A DNA stretch of 43,134 bases from Synechococcus sp. BS30m-G31 (GCA_016777265.1 JADHRU010000001.1:1-43134); one strand, 5' to 3'; counted from the stretch's first letter, positions 9,498-21,711 are shown. Translations and numbers: made by a program. The notes: a model not told the origin generated them from the sequence alone.

Positions 9498-10132
9498 CAG
9501 TCCGCTGCAGTGGATTGAGCATCATGGAAGCGACGCAACACACCATTAATCATTCGACGACCCTTTTCATCGCTGTATCGATTCGCCAATTCAACGGCCT
9601 CATTGAACGCCACAGGAGCAGGTGTGCCCATGGTTTGGAGGTCTACAACAGCAAGACGAAGAATGTCGCGATCGATGCGCGGTAGTCGTGCCAACCGCCA
9701 GCCTTCCATCACTTGATCCAATCTCGCGTCGATGCTCTCGCGCTGCCGGATCACCTGAGCAATGCGTTCCATCGCAGCAGAACGAATTTGCTCTTGATCT
9801 GCCAAGAGCAGAAGCCTGGGAAGTTCAATGGTGGCTGAAAGGCCATTCAAAACCTGTTCGGCAGCGCCTAGCGATGAACGCAAGTGATCACGGACAACAT
9901 CCAGGGTGGAAGCCTGACCCTGTTGAAGTTCGCTATCGAGAAGACATTGCTGAGCTTGATCCAGTTCCGTCGCAGATGAATCGAGTGTTTCCCTCCAATG
10001 TTGAGTGAGGCTTTCGAGGGCCTTATCAAGCAGAGACTCAATCCCTAAATCAGCTGTAGAAGACTTTTTCTGTTCCGAGACTTGACCGAGCACCAGCAAG
10101 GCCAACTCGCGGGAAAGAGATCGTGAGGCCAT
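9497..10132 (-). CDS. nusB: Transcription antitermination factor NusB
   Basis: R..SRELAL N-terminus; IDRDILRLA, NEAVELANRY, INGVL; 1-bp overlap with the ftsY start. Confidence 0.93.
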   Translation of the reverse strand: MASRSLSRELALLVLGQVSEQKKSSTADLGIESLLDKALESLTQHWRETLDSSATELDQAQQCLLDSELQQGQASTLDVVRDHLRSSLGAAEQVLNGLSATIELPRLLLLADQEQIRSAAMERIAQVIRQRESIDARLDQVMEGWRLARLPRIDRDILRLAVVDLQTMGTPAPVAFNEAVELANRYSDEKGRRMINGVLRRFHDAQSTAAD

Positions 10133-10135
10133 GAA

Positions 10136-10870
10136 TTAGCTGGAGGGGGATGCGGAGGCCCGCAACTGAGCCATGAGACTGGAGAAGCTGCGATTCACAG
10201 GAGCTTCTTGCTCATCTGGATTCACAATGCCAGCAGAAATGATGGTGCGGAACGCCTCCTCTACGGAAATATTGAGTTCGCGAACCGAACCCTCTGGCAC
10301 CAGCGTGTACCAACCGGTGGTTGGGTTTGGAGCCGTGGGGATAAACACACTAAGCAGTGGTGTTTCCAGATCGGATTGGAGCGAAGGACCCACCTCGCCG
10401 GTGACAAAACCAACGCTGAACAAACCTTCTCTTGGATATTCGACAAGAACAACACGGCGGAAGCGGGCCGAATTACCCCCCAAAACAGTTTCAAGCAGCT
10501 GCTTAAGAGTTTTGTAAACGGAACCAGCAAGGGGAATCCGGCTCAACGTTCCCTCTCCAAATTCGAGCAGCCAACGACCCACAATGTTGCGGGCCATGAG
10601 GCCAATCAAAAGGATCCCCATCAAAGGAACCGTGAGCCCGAGGGAAAGGTTGATTAGATCCTGAAGAAGCGGATTCAGGGTGATGAAAGGGTTGAACTGC
10701 TTCGGAATTGACGTGAGAAAAGCCAGCACAAATCGGCTGACAATCGTCGATAGCCAAATCGTTGTTGCCAGTGGAATCACCACCAGCAAGCCTGCAATCA
10801 GGTCGTTTTTGAGATCTTGCTGAAGCCTTTCGCCCAGCGGTAGATCAGGTCTGGGGTTGGACTGAACCAA
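10136..10870 (-). CDS. DUF502 family membrane protein
   Basis: AGLLVVIPL, RVVLVEYPR, FIPTAPNPTTGW; start placed at TTG of MVQSNPRP. Confidence 0.88.
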   Translation of the reverse strand: MVQSNPRPDLPLGERLQQDLKNDLIAGLLVVIPLATTIWLSTIVSRFVLAFLTSIPKQFNPFITLNPLLQDLINLSLGLTVPLMGILLIGLMARNIVGRWLLEFGEGTLSRIPLAGSVYKTLKQLLETVLGGNSARFRRVVLVEYPREGLFSVGFVTGEVGPSLQSDLETPLLSVFIPTAPNPTTGWYTLVPEGSVRELNISVEEAFRTIISAGIVNPDEQEAPVNRSFSSLMAQLRASASPSS

Positions 10871-10918
10871 GGAGCCTCTGCACCCAGAGTCAGGGAGTTC
10901 AACCAACCTAACCAGCAA

Positions 10919-11566
10919 TCAGATCACTGCAGTGAGTGCAAGCAGCACAAAAGCAATGGCAAGCACAACAGCGGTGGCCGTTCCACCAATCAATCGTTGC
11001 CGAGATTCGCGATTTTTCTGCGACTCCACCCGTTTGAGCTGGGTTGCCATTTGGCTGATCTGCTCATCAATCATCGTCTCTGCAGCGCGCTGCTTGTCGT
11101 CCTTGCTGGCATCAGCGGCCAACTGTCCAGCTTGAGCTAACTGTTCGCCCAAAGAAGCCACCTGCTCGGGATTGTCGCGAAAGGCACGGGCTTCCTTCAT
11201 CGCTGCGCGTCCCTGCTCGATGTTCTGAGCCTGCGACAGATCACCAGCCCCGCTGCTTAGGGACATCGGAACTGCCACCAGCATGCCAATGGCCAAGAGA
11301 GCTGAAAGAACACAAACCACAGCCCGCAATGGTGTGACCTGCTGTTGCGGGTTCTCAAGACGCGATCCAATCAGACAGGTCAACAGACCGATAAAACCGA
11401 GTGGGGCCAGCGCAACCAAAGGTCCAGTGATCTGAGGACTTGTTGCCTCCTCTGACCAGTCACTTCCCACCAAGACTGCAGCCATCTGCAGGACAAGAAC
11501 AAAAACCATCGTGAGGCCCAGCCAACGAAGCAGAGATGCCAGGCGTCCCGTTTCGGTTCCCGTCAC
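10919..11566 (-). CDS. HpsJ-like membrane protein
   Basis: 215 aa; three N-terminal TM helices, a helical region and a C-terminal TM; family call from memory of topology and synteny. Confidence 0.7.
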   Translation of the reverse strand: MTGTETGRLASLLRWLGLTMVFVLVLQMAAVLVGSDWSEEATSPQITGPLVALAPLGFIGLLTCLIGSRLENPQQQVTPLRAVVCVLSALLAIGMLVAVPMSLSSGAGDLSQAQNIEQGRAAMKEARAFRDNPEQVASLGEQLAQAGQLAADASKDDKQRAAETMIDEQISQMATQLKRVESQKNRESRQRLIGGTATAVVLAIAFVLLALTAVI

Positions 11567-11602
11567 GTGAAGATGAAAAAACAGGTCTTAACCATACGGT
11601 CG

Positions 11603-12568
11603 ATGTCAGGGCAACACCCAAATCAACTCACACACTTGAGCCACGCTCTGAAACAACGGGCTCGAGACGAAGGGTTTGATCCGGTTGGAATTGCTCGTTT
11701 GCCTGGAAGTCCCCGACTGCAGCTGCGGACAGAAGCATTACAGCGTTGGCTCGATCACGGGTACCAAGCCGATATGGCATGGATGGCAGCGCCACGCCGA
11801 CGCGATGCCTCTCAACTTTTAGAGGGGGTACAAAGCCTGTTGGCAGTGGGATTGAACTACTACGTCTCTGCGCAATCAGACCCGGGATCTTTGAAGGTGG
11901 CGCGCTACGGCTGGGGTCGCGATTACCACCGGGTTGTCGAGCAACGTCTACGACGCGTGGGGCGTTGGTTATCCGAACAAAAACCAAGCTGCCAATGGCG
12001 TGTTTGTGTCGACGCATCTCCGCTATTGGACAAAGTTTGGGCGGAAGAAGCTGGGCTGGGTTGGATCGGAAAACACAGCAATGTGATCCATCACCATCGA
12101 GGCTCATGGATGGTGATTGGTCACCTACTCACAACGGAACCACTCCAAGCGGATGCTCCAGCTAAAGCCCTTTGTGGACGCTGTGTCGCTTGCATCGAGG
12201 CCTGCCCCACCAATGCCATCCGCGAACCATTCGTTGTTGACGCCCAACGATGCCTGGCGTTTCACACCATCGAAAACCGAGATCCCGATCTTCCAGATGC
12301 GATCAAAGCGTCCCTTGGACCGTGGATCGCCGGTTGTGATATTTGCCAAGACGTTTGTCCTTGGAACCATCGGGATCTACCCAGCAGTGAAGATCCGGAT
12401 ATGCAACCTCGACCATGGCTCCTCAATGTGAAAGCCCAAGAGGTTCAACACTGGGACGATGCCACCTGGGATCAACAGTTACGGGGATCCGCTCTACGGC
12501 GAATTAAACCGTGGATGTGGCGCAGAAATGCTGCTGCAGCGCAACCGGATCTGCCTCCTAACCTCTGA
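11603..12568 (+). CDS. queG: Epoxyqueuosine reductase QueG
   Basis: ARYGWGRDYH, AGLGWIGK, CGRCVACIEACPT, GCDICQDVCPWN Fe-S motifs. Confidence 0.95.
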   Translation: MSGQHPNQLTHLSHALKQRARDEGFDPVGIARLPGSPRLQLRTEALQRWLDHGYQADMAWMAAPRRRDASQLLEGVQSLLAVGLNYYVSAQSDPGSLKVARYGWGRDYHRVVEQRLRRVGRWLSEQKPSCQWRVCVDASPLLDKVWAEEAGLGWIGKHSNVIHHHRGSWMVIGHLLTTEPLQADAPAKALCGRCVACIEACPTNAIREPFVVDAQRCLAFHTIENRDPDLPDAIKASLGPWIAGCDICQDVCPWNHRDLPSSEDPDMQPRPWLLNVKAQEVQHWDDATWDQQLRGSALRRIKPWMWRRNAAAAQPDLPPNL

Positions 12569-12572
12569 CCAG

Positions 12573-13469
12573 ATGAGATCCCTGGACGTGCTTCGAGGAA
12601 TCAAATTGAAACGAAGCCTGACCGCAGCTCTGATCAGCATCAGCAGCGTTTGCCTGATGGCTCCAGCCCAGGCCCTGGTGCCGTATGTCTACTTGCCATC
12701 AGAGGTGGAGCTCTCGGGATCCTCTCTTGGAATCGGACGAACCGCAGCTCAACTGCTGCAAATGGGCCAGCCCCAGGAGGCCTCACAACTTGCCGCTTTA
12801 GCTGTTCGCCTCAACCCAAACGATGAACGGTTGTGGACTGTTCTGGCGGAAGCGCAACTGCGTAGCAACCAACTGGAAAACGCCAGTCAATCGCTTGCGA
12901 AAGCCAAAAAAATCAATCCAAACAATGCTGGGCTCTGGTTTGCAGAAGCAGCGATTGCACTGCGTGCAGAACGACCGGAAGAAGCCATACCGCTTATTCA
13001 GCGAGGATTGCAAATCGATGCAAACAATGCAGCTGCATACTTCGATCTCGGGAATGCACGGATCATGCAAAACAAGTTTGCAGTCGCTTTGCAATCCTTC
13101 GAAAAAGCAACTGAAATCAAACCAGACTTTTGGGAAGCCCTCAACAATCAAGCCCTTGTTCTGTTTGAACTGGGACAACATGACGAGGCCATTCGACGTT
13201 GGCGTCGAGTGATCAAGCTGGAGCAAAACGCAGAACCAATGCTGGCTTTAGCTGCTGCGTTAAACCAAAAGGGCGAACAGAGCGAAGCTCTATCGCTAGC
13301 CAAGGAAGCCCTGTCAAAAAATCCCAATTACGTTTTGCCAATGCATCAAAAAGAGCAGCTTTGGGGTTCCCATGTGAGAGAAGCCACAGCAAACTTGTTG
13401 CGTGAAGCAGCACTTGCCAGCAGCGTTGAACGGGCCCAGGCCAATGCCACCTGGAAAAAACGTCAGTGA
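12573..13469 (+). CDS. Tetratricopeptide repeat protein, probably exported
   Basis: Signal-like N-terminus ending AQA; several TPR units (AAAYFDLGNARIMQNKFAVALQSFEKATEIKPDF). Confidence 0.88.
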   Translation: MRSLDVLRGIKLKRSLTAALISISSVCLMAPAQALVPYVYLPSEVELSGSSLGIGRTAAQLLQMGQPQEASQLAALAVRLNPNDERLWTVLAEAQLRSNQLENASQSLAKAKKINPNNAGLWFAEAAIALRAERPEEAIPLIQRGLQIDANNAAAYFDLGNARIMQNKFAVALQSFEKATEIKPDFWEALNNQALVLFELGQHDEAIRRWRRVIKLEQNAEPMLALAAALNQKGEQSEALSLAKEALSKNPNYVLPMHQKEQLWGSHVREATANLLREAALASSVERAQANATWKKRQ

Positions 13470-13514
13470 ACGTCTGTAGGCTGAACTACTTCTTCCCCAA
13501 TATCCGCAGACGGG

Positions 13515-15977
13515 ATGGCTGAGGAGCGCGTTCAACCGATCGCCCTGCATCTAGAGATGCAGCGCTCCTATCTGGAATATGCGATGAGTGTGATCGTGGG
13601 TCGGGCCTTGCCCGATGCCCGCGACGGTCTCAAGCCGGTGCAGCGTCGAATCTTGTACGCGATGCAAGAACTGGGGTTGACCCCAGATCGGCCCTACAGG
13701 AAATGCGCTCGTGTTGTTGGAGATGTTCTCGGGAAATACCACCCCCACGGAGATCAAGCGGTCTACGACGCGCTCGTACGACTCGTACAAACCTTTGCTA
13801 GCCGACATCCACTTTTGGACGGACACGGCAATTTCGGATCGGTTGATGACGATCCGCCAGCAGCGATGCGTTACACCGAAACGCGTTTAGCCCCGATTGC
13901 CCATCAAGCTCTGCTCGAAGAAATCGGTGATGACACCGTCGATTTTGCATCGAACTTCGATGGGTCCCAACAAGAACCAACCGTTCTCCCCGCACAACTC
14001 CCCTTTCTTCTCCTCAATGGTTGTTCTGGCATCGCCGTCGGCATGGCCACGAGCATTCCGCCCCACAACTTGGGTGAGGTTGTGGACGGCCTCATTGCTC
14101 TGATTCGACAACCGGGCCTCAGCGACGAGCGTCTTTTAGAACTGATTCCTGGGCCTGATTTTCCAACCGGTGGGGAGGTTCTGCTCAGTTCAGGCCTCCA
14201 AGACACGTACTTACACGGCCGCGGCAGTATTCCAATGCGGGGCGTAGCGCATACAGAAGAGGTGCAACTGGGAAAAGGACGGCACAAACGAAATGCCGTT
14301 GTTGTGACCGAACTGCCCTATCAACTCAGCAAAGCGGGCTGGATCGAAAAACTGGCCGAATCGGTCAACGACGGAAAAATTGGCGGCATCGCTGACATTC
14401 GCGATGAAAGCGATCGAGATGGCATGCGCGTTGTTGTGGAACTTCGCCGCGATGCTGAACCCGACAAGGTGCTGAAAGACCTGCAGCGCCGCACGGCACT
14501 GCAGAGCAACTTTGGCGCAATCCTGCTGGCCCTTGTGAACGGTCAGCCCCAACAACTCTCGCTACGGCAACTCCTCCAAACCTTTCTCGACTACAGGGAA
14601 CTCACCCTGATTCGCCGCACGAGCCACGCCCTACGCAAAACAGAAGATCGCCTGGAAGTGGTGGAGGGCCTAATCACGGCTCTGAACAACCTTCAAGCCG
14701 TGATCGCCATGATCCAAAAAGCCCAAGATGCCGGCTCCGCTCGCGCCAGCTTGATGGTGCAATTGGACCTCAACGAACGCCAAGCTGATGCCGTGTTGGC
14801 AATGCCACTCCGACGTTTAACAGGGCTGGAGCAGGAAAGTTTGCGCCAAGAAGTCGACAACCTCCGAGACGAGCGAGAGCGATTGAAATTGCTCCTCGAA
14901 AACCGAGATCAGTTGCTCGATGCCATGGTTAGTGAACTGAAAACACTGAAAAAACGCTTCTCAACTCCACGTCGCACACGACTGGTGGAAGGCGGAGATG
15001 CCTTAATCGCAGAACGAGCTGCCAGTCAACGACCCAACACGGAGCTGCTCCGCCAGCAAGCCTTAGCGGCCCTCCCCGGTGATGGTCGACTGCTGATCCA
15101 AGCGGACGGACAAGTGAAGATCGTGACCCCACAAGTTCTGGGTCGTCTTCATTTTGGTGATCCCTGTCCGGTGAGCGATGCCCCATCACCAGCTCGCGTC
15201 ATTCTTCCCATCGAACCGCCGCCGCGATTACTAGCCATCAGTGCCAACGGTCGTGTCGCCCTCGTGCGTTGGGAGTTTGCTGGGCAACAACCAGGAGCCT
15301 TGGAACGATTCCTTCCCAGCGGGTTGGAAGGTGACCCGATCGTGGCGATCACGCCCCTACCGGTGCAGGAGAGAAGTGACCTAAGCCTGGGCTTGCTTAG
15401 CAGCGATGGGCGTTTCAAACGACTGCCCCTTGCAGATGTCTTGGATCTATCTGGACGCGCCACCAGCGTTGTGAAACTGAAAGAGGGCGTTCAACTCAAA
15501 ACAGCGGTGATTTGCCGTGAACACCAAGATCTCCTCTTGGTAAGCGACATCGGACGGATGCTGCGTTTACCGATCAATGAAGACGTGCTGCCACTGATGG
15601 GACGACTCGCCCAAGGGCCCATGACCATGCGATTGCTTCCAGGGGAAGATCTCGTTGGTGCCCTATGTCCAAGCGAACCGACTGTGCTGTTAGTGAGTGA
15701 ACAGGGTCACCTAGCGCGCATCGATCTCACGTCCATCCGTCCATCACAACGCGGGGATCTCGGTTCGATGGCGATCCAACTGACGGGTAACGCCAATCGA
15801 ATCACAGGGTTAGCAGAAGCCAACGGCCTTATTGGCATGGTGTCGACAGAACAACGTCATGGTCGGATTGACCCCACAACACTTGAAATCACCAACTCTG
15901 GTGACACGTTTTCCAATCAAATCGAACTCCACAAAGGCGAAGCTATTACCGATTTAATCCCTCAAATCAGCGATTAG
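13515..15977 (+). CDS. gyrA: DNA gyrase/topoisomerase IV subunit A family protein
   Basis: [31 protein letters not shown] (catalytic Tyr), GPDFPTGG; divergent C-terminal domain suggests the second, ParC-like paralogue. Confidence 0.9.
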   Translation: MAEERVQPIALHLEMQRSYLEYAMSVIVGRALPDARDGLKPVQRRILYAMQELGLTPDRPYRKCARVVGDVLGKYHPHGDQAVYDALVRLVQTFASRHPLLDGHGNFGSVDDDPPAAMRYTETRLAPIAHQALLEEIGDDTVDFASNFDGSQQEPTVLPAQLPFLLLNGCSGIAVGMATSIPPHNLGEVVDGLIALIRQPGLSDERLLELIPGPDFPTGGEVLLSSGLQDTYLHGRGSIPMRGVAHTEEVQLGKGRHKRNAVVVTELPYQLSKAGWIEKLAESVNDGKIGGIADIRDESDRDGMRVVVELRRDAEPDKVLKDLQRRTALQSNFGAILLALVNGQPQQLSLRQLLQTFLDYRELTLIRRTSHALRKTEDRLEVVEGLITALNNLQAVIAMIQKAQDAGSARASLMVQLDLNERQADAVLAMPLRRLTGLEQESLRQEVDNLRDERERLKLLLENRDQLLDAMVSELKTLKKRFSTPRRTRLVEGGDALIAERAASQRPNTELLRQQALAALPGDGRLLIQADGQVKIVTPQVLGRLHFGDPCPVSDAPSPARVILPIEPPPRLLAISANGRVALVRWEFAGQQPGALERFLPSGLEGDPIVAITPLPVQERSDLSLGLLSSDGRFKRLPLADVLDLSGRATSVVKLKEGVQLKTAVICREHQDLLLVSDIGRMLRLPINEDVLPLMGRLAQGPMTMRLLPGEDLVGALCPSEPTVLLVSEQGHLARIDLTSIRPSQRGDLGSMAIQLTGNANRITGLAEANGLIGMVSTEQRHGRIDPTTLEITNSGDTFSNQIELHKGEAITDLIPQISD

Positions 15978-17469
15978 TCGATCCAGATGGTTCGAGTGTC
16001 AATTTGCTCGACAGCAATTCCTGATCCATCGGAATGGGATAGTTCCCATCGAAACAAGCGCTACAGAAATTTCCAGACTCTGCTTTGGCTGCTTCGACCA
16101 TGCCTTCTTTGCTGAGGTAAGCCAAAGAGTCAACTTTGAGATGGTTCTTGATTTCCTCCAGGGTGAGGCGAGAGGCGATCAATTGATCCTGGGTATCGGT
16201 ATCAATCCCGTAAAAACATGGGTGGGTCACCGGTGGTGAACTAATCCGCATGTGCACCTCTGTTGCCCCCGCATCCCGCAAGGCAACAACGAGTTTTCCA
16301 CTGGTGGTTCCCCGCACAATCGAATCATCAATCACGATGATGCGCTTACCAGAAAGCACATCAGGCAGGGGATTGAGCTTCACGCGTATACCTGCTTCAC
16401 GCATCGCTTGTGTTGGCTGAATAAAGGTGCGTCCGACATACCGGTTCTTAATCAGACCATCGGCATAAGGAATGCCGCTCTCCTGAGAAAAACCAATCGC
16501 AGCAGGAATTCCTGAATCAGGAACCCCAATCACCAAATCAGCATCCACAGCCGACTCCCGAGCAAGCGTGCGACCAATGCGCTGCCGATAGCTGTACAAC
16601 GATTCACCAAAGAAACGACTGTCTGGACGCGCGAAATAAATCATTTCAAACACGCAAAGCCGATTCGGTTCCTCAATCCAGCGCTTGCGATATGGCTCAG
16701 CTGAACCCAGTTCAAAGTGCACTAACTCGCCAGGCTGCACATCATCCACATAGCGGGATCCAATGATCTCCAAACCACAGGTTTCACTGCTCACAACCCA
16801 ATGGCCAAGGCTTTGCTCCCCGAGAAAGCCGAACACCAAAGGGCGAATGCCATAGCCATCACGGATCGCAAACAGACCTGCGGGGGTACCGATCACCAAG
16901 CTGAATGCCCCCTGACAAAGCTTGAGCGCAGCTTCGATACCAGAACGCCAATCCAAGCCTCGATTAACGGCTTGCTGCACCGCAAAGGCGATCAGTTCTG
17001 AATCAGTGGTGGAGGTGAATTCAGTTTTTCCGTCATCCACCAACACACGCAACTCTTTCGCATTCACCAAATTGCCGTTGTGGGCAAGGGCAAACGCGCC
17101 AAGGCGAGTCATCAACACCACCGGCTGGGCATTGCACACACGACTACTGCCCGTTGTCGAATAGCGGTTGTGACCGATCGACAAATCGCCAGGCATACGA
17201 GCCAAAACGTCTTGATCGAACACCTGGCTCACCAGGCCCATATCTTTGTGCAGGAGCACCTTGTCCTGATTGAAAACAGCGATACCAGCTGATTCCTGGC
17301 CGCGATGCTGCAGGGCATAAAGACCGAAATACGCCAAGTTGGCGACCGGTTGCTCAGCCGCCAAAACGGCAAAAACACCACAAGCTTCTTCCATCCGATC
17401 AGGACGCTCTGCCACGAGCTGCTGCTGCTGCACAGGGCGCCTCATCAGAAATGCATCAGAAGTCTGCAT
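15967..17469 (-). CDS. purF: Amidophosphoribosyltransferase
   Basis: EEA|CGVF propeptide junction, [29 protein letters not shown]; TGATG overlap with purL. Confidence 0.97.
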   Translation of the reverse strand: MQTSDAFLMRRPVQQQQLVAERPDRMEEACGVFAVLAAEQPVANLAYFGLYALQHRGQESAGIAVFNQDKVLLHKDMGLVSQVFDQDVLARMPGDLSIGHNRYSTTGSSRVCNAQPVVLMTRLGAFALAHNGNLVNAKELRVLVDDGKTEFTSTTDSELIAFAVQQAVNRGLDWRSGIEAALKLCQGAFSLVIGTPAGLFAIRDGYGIRPLVFGFLGEQSLGHWVVSSETCGLEIIGSRYVDDVQPGELVHFELGSAEPYRKRWIEEPNRLCVFEMIYFARPDSRFFGESLYSYRQRIGRTLARESAVDADLVIGVPDSGIPAAIGFSQESGIPYADGLIKNRYVGRTFIQPTQAMREAGIRVKLNPLPDVLSGKRIIVIDDSIVRGTTSGKLVVALRDAGATEVHMRISSPPVTHPCFYGIDTDTQDQLIASRLTLEEIKNHLKVDSLAYLSKEGMVEAAKAESGNFCSACFDGNYPIPMDQELLSSKLTLEPSGSTNR

Positions 17470-19769
17470 CACGCCAGGCGACGGGGCAGAGCTTCGGCAT
17501 AAACCTGCTGCAGCTGCTCCACGGGTAAATCAATGGTGTTGCCCGCTCCGAAGGAAAGCTGGAAGCGACCATGGGACGCGACAGCACCCAGAACCGTTGC
17601 TGAAACCTCAGGGTTGGCTGCCAACATCGTTGTCCAACGCGTCAACTGAGCCGCTTTCACAGACACCACCACACGAGCGCCCCCTTCGGCAAACAACAAC
17701 CGAGCTCCGCTCGTTGTTCCGGGTGAAAAGTTGAGCTCAACCCCACAACCTGAGGCAATCGAGCATTCCGCCAGAGCCACAGCCAACCCGCCATCGCTGC
17801 TGTCGTGAGCAGAGGCAATCAACCCGTCAGCAATGGCCTGGCGAACCAGCCGCTGCACCCGTCGCTCCAAATCAAAATCGATCCGAGGAGGACGGCCTGT
17901 AATCGTCCCAAGGGTGAGTTGCTGATAACTGCTTCCAGACAATCCAATTCGATCGTCCTGATCTGCGTCGGGTTTCACACCAAGTAAAACCACCGCATCT
18001 CCCGGTTGGGACCAACCGAGTCCAGTCACCTTGGCGATGTCCTCCACCACGCCCACCATCCCAATCACTGGGGTGGGATGGATCGGCTGAAGAGAACCGT
18101 CCTCGCGGCGCGTTTCGTTGTACAGCGAGACGTTCCCCCCCGTCACTGGAGTCTGCAAAGCCCTGCAAGCCTCAGAAATGCCACGACAGGCCATCGCAAG
18201 CTGCCAAAACCCCTTCGGAGTCTCAGGGGACGGGAAATTGAGGTTGTCGGTAATCGCGAGGGGCTCAGAACCAACACAGCTCAAATTGCGGGCAGCCTCA
18301 GCCACAGCAGCCATAGCTCCGCGTTCGGGATCAAGTGCCACCCAACGATTGGGGCAATCAACCGTGGCAGCAACACCGCGCGTCGTGGTCTGCAACGAAC
18401 CATCGCCTTGCTGAGGCCGAAGTCGAATCACAGCGGCATCAGCCGCTCCAGACGACACCACAGTGTTAGCCAACACTTGCTGGTCGTACTGGCGATGGAC
18501 CCAACGCTTACTGGCAATGGTGGGGTCGTCTAAGAGCCCTAATAAAGCTGCTGCGGGATCTTCTAAAGCTGGCAACTGATCTTCCGTCCATCGCCAGTGC
18601 TCTTGGAGATCCGCTGGAGGCTCTGAAAGCAAAGCGTGCTTCTCAATGGGTGTGTCATCGGCAAGGGCCGTGGCTGGCACCTCAGCTGCCACCTCTCCGT
18701 GGTGGAGAACGCGAACGATGGGCTCTTCCAACACTCGTCCCACGACGGCCGCTTGCAAACCCCAGCGACGGAAGCGCTGCATCAAGGGTTCTTCACGACC
18801 AGCTTTCACCACAAACAACATCCGTTCCTGAGATTCAGACAACAGAAATTCGTAAGCGGTCATGCCTGATTCACGGGCAGGAACACGATCCAGATCCAGT
18901 TCAACCCCTAAACCACCCTTGGCAGCCATCTCAGAACAACTACACGTCAACCCAGCGGCACCCATATCTTGGGCAGCCACCACATCACCACTGGCGAAAG
19001 CTTCTAAGCAAGCCTCAATCAACCCCTTCTCTAAAAAGGGATCACCCACCTGAACGGCCGGTCGGTCATCAAGCGAATCAGCACTCAATTCAGCGCTGGC
19101 AAAACTGGCTCCTCCCATGCCGTCTCGGCCTGTGGTGCTGCCCACATAAACCACAGGATTGCCCACACCAATCGCACCAGATTTGACGATGTCTTTGGTT
19201 TCCATCAAACCCAAAGCCATGGCATTCACTAAGGGGTTCCCCGAATAGGAAGGGTCAAAGGCCACTTCTCCCCCCACGGTGGGAACTCCCACGCAATTGC
19301 CGTAATGGGCAATGCCGGCCACCACACCCTCCATCAAACCAACGTTGGCGCTGTCATCCAATGGCCCAAAACGCAACGCATTCAGCAACGCAATCGGCCT
19401 TGCACCCATCGTGAAGATGTCACGAAGAATTCCGCCAACCCCAGTAGCAGCCCCCTGAAAAGGCTCCACAGCAGAGGGGTGGTTATGGCTTTCAATTTTG
19501 AAAGCAAGGCGATGGCCTTCACCAAGATCAACAACGCCTGCGTTCTCCCCCGGACCCACCAAAATGCGCGGCCCCTCGGTGGGGAACCCACTAAGCAACG
19601 GGCGTGAATTCCGGTAACAACAATGCTCTGACCACATCACTCCAAACATCCCCAACTCGGCTCGATTGGGCTCCCGACCGAGTCGGCGACAAATTTCATC
19701 CCAGTCCGTGGACTTCAAGCCCTCTTGCTTCAGGGCAGCGGAGACGTCATACGAAGAGGAAGACACCAC
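17469..19769 (-). CDS. purL: Phosphoribosylformylglycinamidine synthase subunit PurL (small type)
   Basis: [52 protein letters not shown]. Confidence 0.97.
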   Translation of the reverse strand: MVSSSSYDVSAALKQEGLKSTDWDEICRRLGREPNRAELGMFGVMWSEHCCYRNSRPLLSGFPTEGPRILVGPGENAGVVDLGEGHRLAFKIESHNHPSAVEPFQGAATGVGGILRDIFTMGARPIALLNALRFGPLDDSANVGLMEGVVAGIAHYGNCVGVPTVGGEVAFDPSYSGNPLVNAMALGLMETKDIVKSGAIGVGNPVVYVGSTTGRDGMGGASFASAELSADSLDDRPAVQVGDPFLEKGLIEACLEAFASGDVVAAQDMGAAGLTCSCSEMAAKGGLGVELDLDRVPARESGMTAYEFLLSESQERMLFVVKAGREEPLMQRFRRWGLQAAVVGRVLEEPIVRVLHHGEVAAEVPATALADDTPIEKHALLSEPPADLQEHWRWTEDQLPALEDPAAALLGLLDDPTIASKRWVHRQYDQQVLANTVVSSGAADAAVIRLRPQQGDGSLQTTTRGVAATVDCPNRWVALDPERGAMAAVAEAARNLSCVGSEPLAITDNLNFPSPETPKGFWQLAMACRGISEACRALQTPVTGGNVSLYNETRREDGSLQPIHPTPVIGMVGVVEDIAKVTGLGWSQPGDAVVLLGVKPDADQDDRIGLSGSSYQQLTLGTITGRPPRIDFDLERRVQRLVRQAIADGLIASAHDSSDGGLAVALAECSIASGCGVELNFSPGTTSGARLLFAEGGARVVVSVKAAQLTRWTTMLAANPEVSATVLGAVASHGRFQLSFGAGNTIDLPVEQLQQVYAEALPRRLA

Positions 19770-19808
19770 GGGCCGCAAAACTCATGTCCCAGTGTTGCCG
19801 ACCGACCG

Positions 19809-20552
19809 TCAAACCCAGGGATCTTCATCGCGTTTTACACGACGCTTCGGCGACGACTCAGACCAAGTGTCGTCATCCCAAACTTCAGTGCCAGGAGGCT
19901 CTTGCTCTGATCCATTGGAATCGATTGGTTGCTCAGGCTCATCCCAGGGGGGTTCATCGAGCCAACCCTCAAGGCGATCTCCGGCACGATCACCCATATC
20001 TCGCAATTGATCTCGCCAACGCTGCGTCCGTTGCAAGAGGTCTTGACGAACACTCGCGCGCATCAACGGAAGGTCATCCAAACTGCGCAGAGCCGTCATC
20101 ACCTGTCCAGGACGCTGGTCTGTGATTCGATCTGGGACCAATTGCCACCGAGAACTTCCAGGAAGACGCGGGTCACTGCGTGACACCAAGTAATGAGCAA
20201 TCGTTCCTGTCGTTGGGTCGAACGCGAGATCAGCCAAAAAACCGATTTGCTCTCCCTCTCGATCGACCAAATCTGCATTCATCAGGGTTGGCAAACGATC
20301 CAAGGTGGCTTGATCTGAAACGGCGGGCTCACCTCGTACAAACACCTGTTGATCGGTGATTCCACAGCACTGATCCAATCGCCAAACATCCCTAGACATG
20401 CGTAGGGCGGATGGTCGACTCACCCAGCCCAACAAGCGATGCACCGGCGGATGCATCCATGCCATCAATCCAGGACCATGATCCAAACCAAGCTCACATC
20501 GAACCGTGTGATTCAGCAAATCGCTAAGCAACAGCGGATTGGGTAGAACCAC
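19809..20552 (-). CDS. PRC-barrel-like domain protein, conserved downstream of dnaN in picocyanobacteria
   Basis: 247 aa; LVDREGEQIGFLADLAFDPTTGTIAHY is PRC-like; acidic tail ending DPWV; starts 1 bp after the dnaN stop. Confidence 0.75.
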   Translation of the reverse strand: MVLPNPLLLSDLLNHTVRCELGLDHGPGLMAWMHPPVHRLLGWVSRPSALRMSRDVWRLDQCCGITDQQVFVRGEPAVSDQATLDRLPTLMNADLVDREGEQIGFLADLAFDPTTGTIAHYLVSRSDPRLPGSSRWQLVPDRITDQRPGQVMTALRSLDDLPLMRASVRQDLLQRTQRWRDQLRDMGDRAGDRLEGWLDEPPWDEPEQPIDSNGSEQEPPGTEVWDDDTWSESSPKRRVKRDEDPWV

Positions 20553-20553
20553 C

Positions 20554-21711
20554 TCAGGAACGGATCTGAACCGGCATCACGAGGTAGGTAAATGCTTCTG
20601 CATCGCCTTCTGGCTTCAAGACTGCTGGCGTTGTTGGTGCATTGCAGTGAAGAACAACGCGATCGGATCCCATCGCCTTTAAGCCGTCCAGGACATAGCG
20701 CACATTGAAGGCGATCTGAATGGCATCACCGGTCAAGCTGGCTGGAAGGGATTCGGATCCACTTCCAACATCTTGCGCATCAGCACTGATGTGTACGACA
20801 CCTTCATCAGGCTGACTGCTGAATTTCACAACATTGTTGTGCTGGTCGGCCAAGACAGCAATCCGTTCCAGTGCAGCGATTAGACCCCGACGGTCTAAGG
20901 CCAACGTGCGATTGAACCCATCCGGGATGAGCTGTCCGTAATTGGGATAGGTGCCCTCCAGCGTGCGACTGGTGACCATTTGATCTGCGGCAAGGAACAC
21001 CACTTGTCCGCGATCACAAAACAAGCTCACCGGATCATCGGAACGCCATCCGGCCATCAACCGCTCAACTTCCCGCAAGGATCGAGCCGGCAAAGTCACC
21101 GCAAAACCTTCTGCAGCATCGTCGTTGCTGTTAGCGGAATCTTGCAAAGCATCGTCGACCTGGAGAACCGCAAGGCGGTGGCCATCCGTGGCGGCTGCCT
21201 CAAGCGCCTTGTCGTTGAAACGTAAATGCACTCCTGTCAGCAGCTGTTTGGCTTCATCGGAACTGCTGGCGAACAAAGTTCCTTTCAGTGCTTGAACCAA
21301 TCCAGCCGGTTGAAGCTTCAACGTCATCCCGCTTTCCACCATGGGCAACTCGGGATAGTCGTCAGCAGGCAGACCTCGCATTTGGTAATTGCCACTGAGG
21401 CTGGTGAGCTGCACCTGTTCACCCGACTCCTCTGTGGCGAGGGTGATCGGAGAATCGCTGGCGAGTCGTGAAACGATTTCGCCCAGTAATCGTGCGGGCA
21501 GTGTGATCGCTCCGCTGGTTTCAACACTCGCGGCAAGGGACGTCTGAATTCCCAAATTCAAATCAAAACCCGTCAAGCTCAGCCGGTTTGTGCCCGCATC
21601 AGCGGTGAGCAACACATTGGCGAGCACCGGGTGCGTCGGTCGCGTTGCCACGGCTCGACTGACCAGCTGAAGGGCTGCATTCAGTTCCGATTGGGAACAG
21701 ACCACTTTCAT
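20554..21711 (-). CDS. dnaN: DNA polymerase III beta sliding clamp
   Basis: RPTHPVLANVLL, ATDGHRL, GTYPNY, IAFNVRY, YLVMPVQ. Confidence 0.97.
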   Translation of the reverse strand: MKVVCSQSELNAALQLVSRAVATRPTHPVLANVLLTADAGTNRLSLTGFDLNLGIQTSLAASVETSGAITLPARLLGEIVSRLASDSPITLATEESGEQVQLTSLSGNYQMRGLPADDYPELPMVESGMTLKLQPAGLVQALKGTLFASSSDEAKQLLTGVHLRFNDKALEAAATDGHRLAVLQVDDALQDSANSNDDAAEGFAVTLPARSLREVERLMAGWRSDDPVSLFCDRGQVVFLAADQMVTSRTLEGTYPNYGQLIPDGFNRTLALDRRGLIAALERIAVLADQHNNVVKFSSQPDEGVVHISADAQDVGSGSESLPASLTGDAIQIAFNVRYVLDGLKAMGSDRVVLHCNAPTTPAVLKPEGDAEAFTYLVMPVQIRS

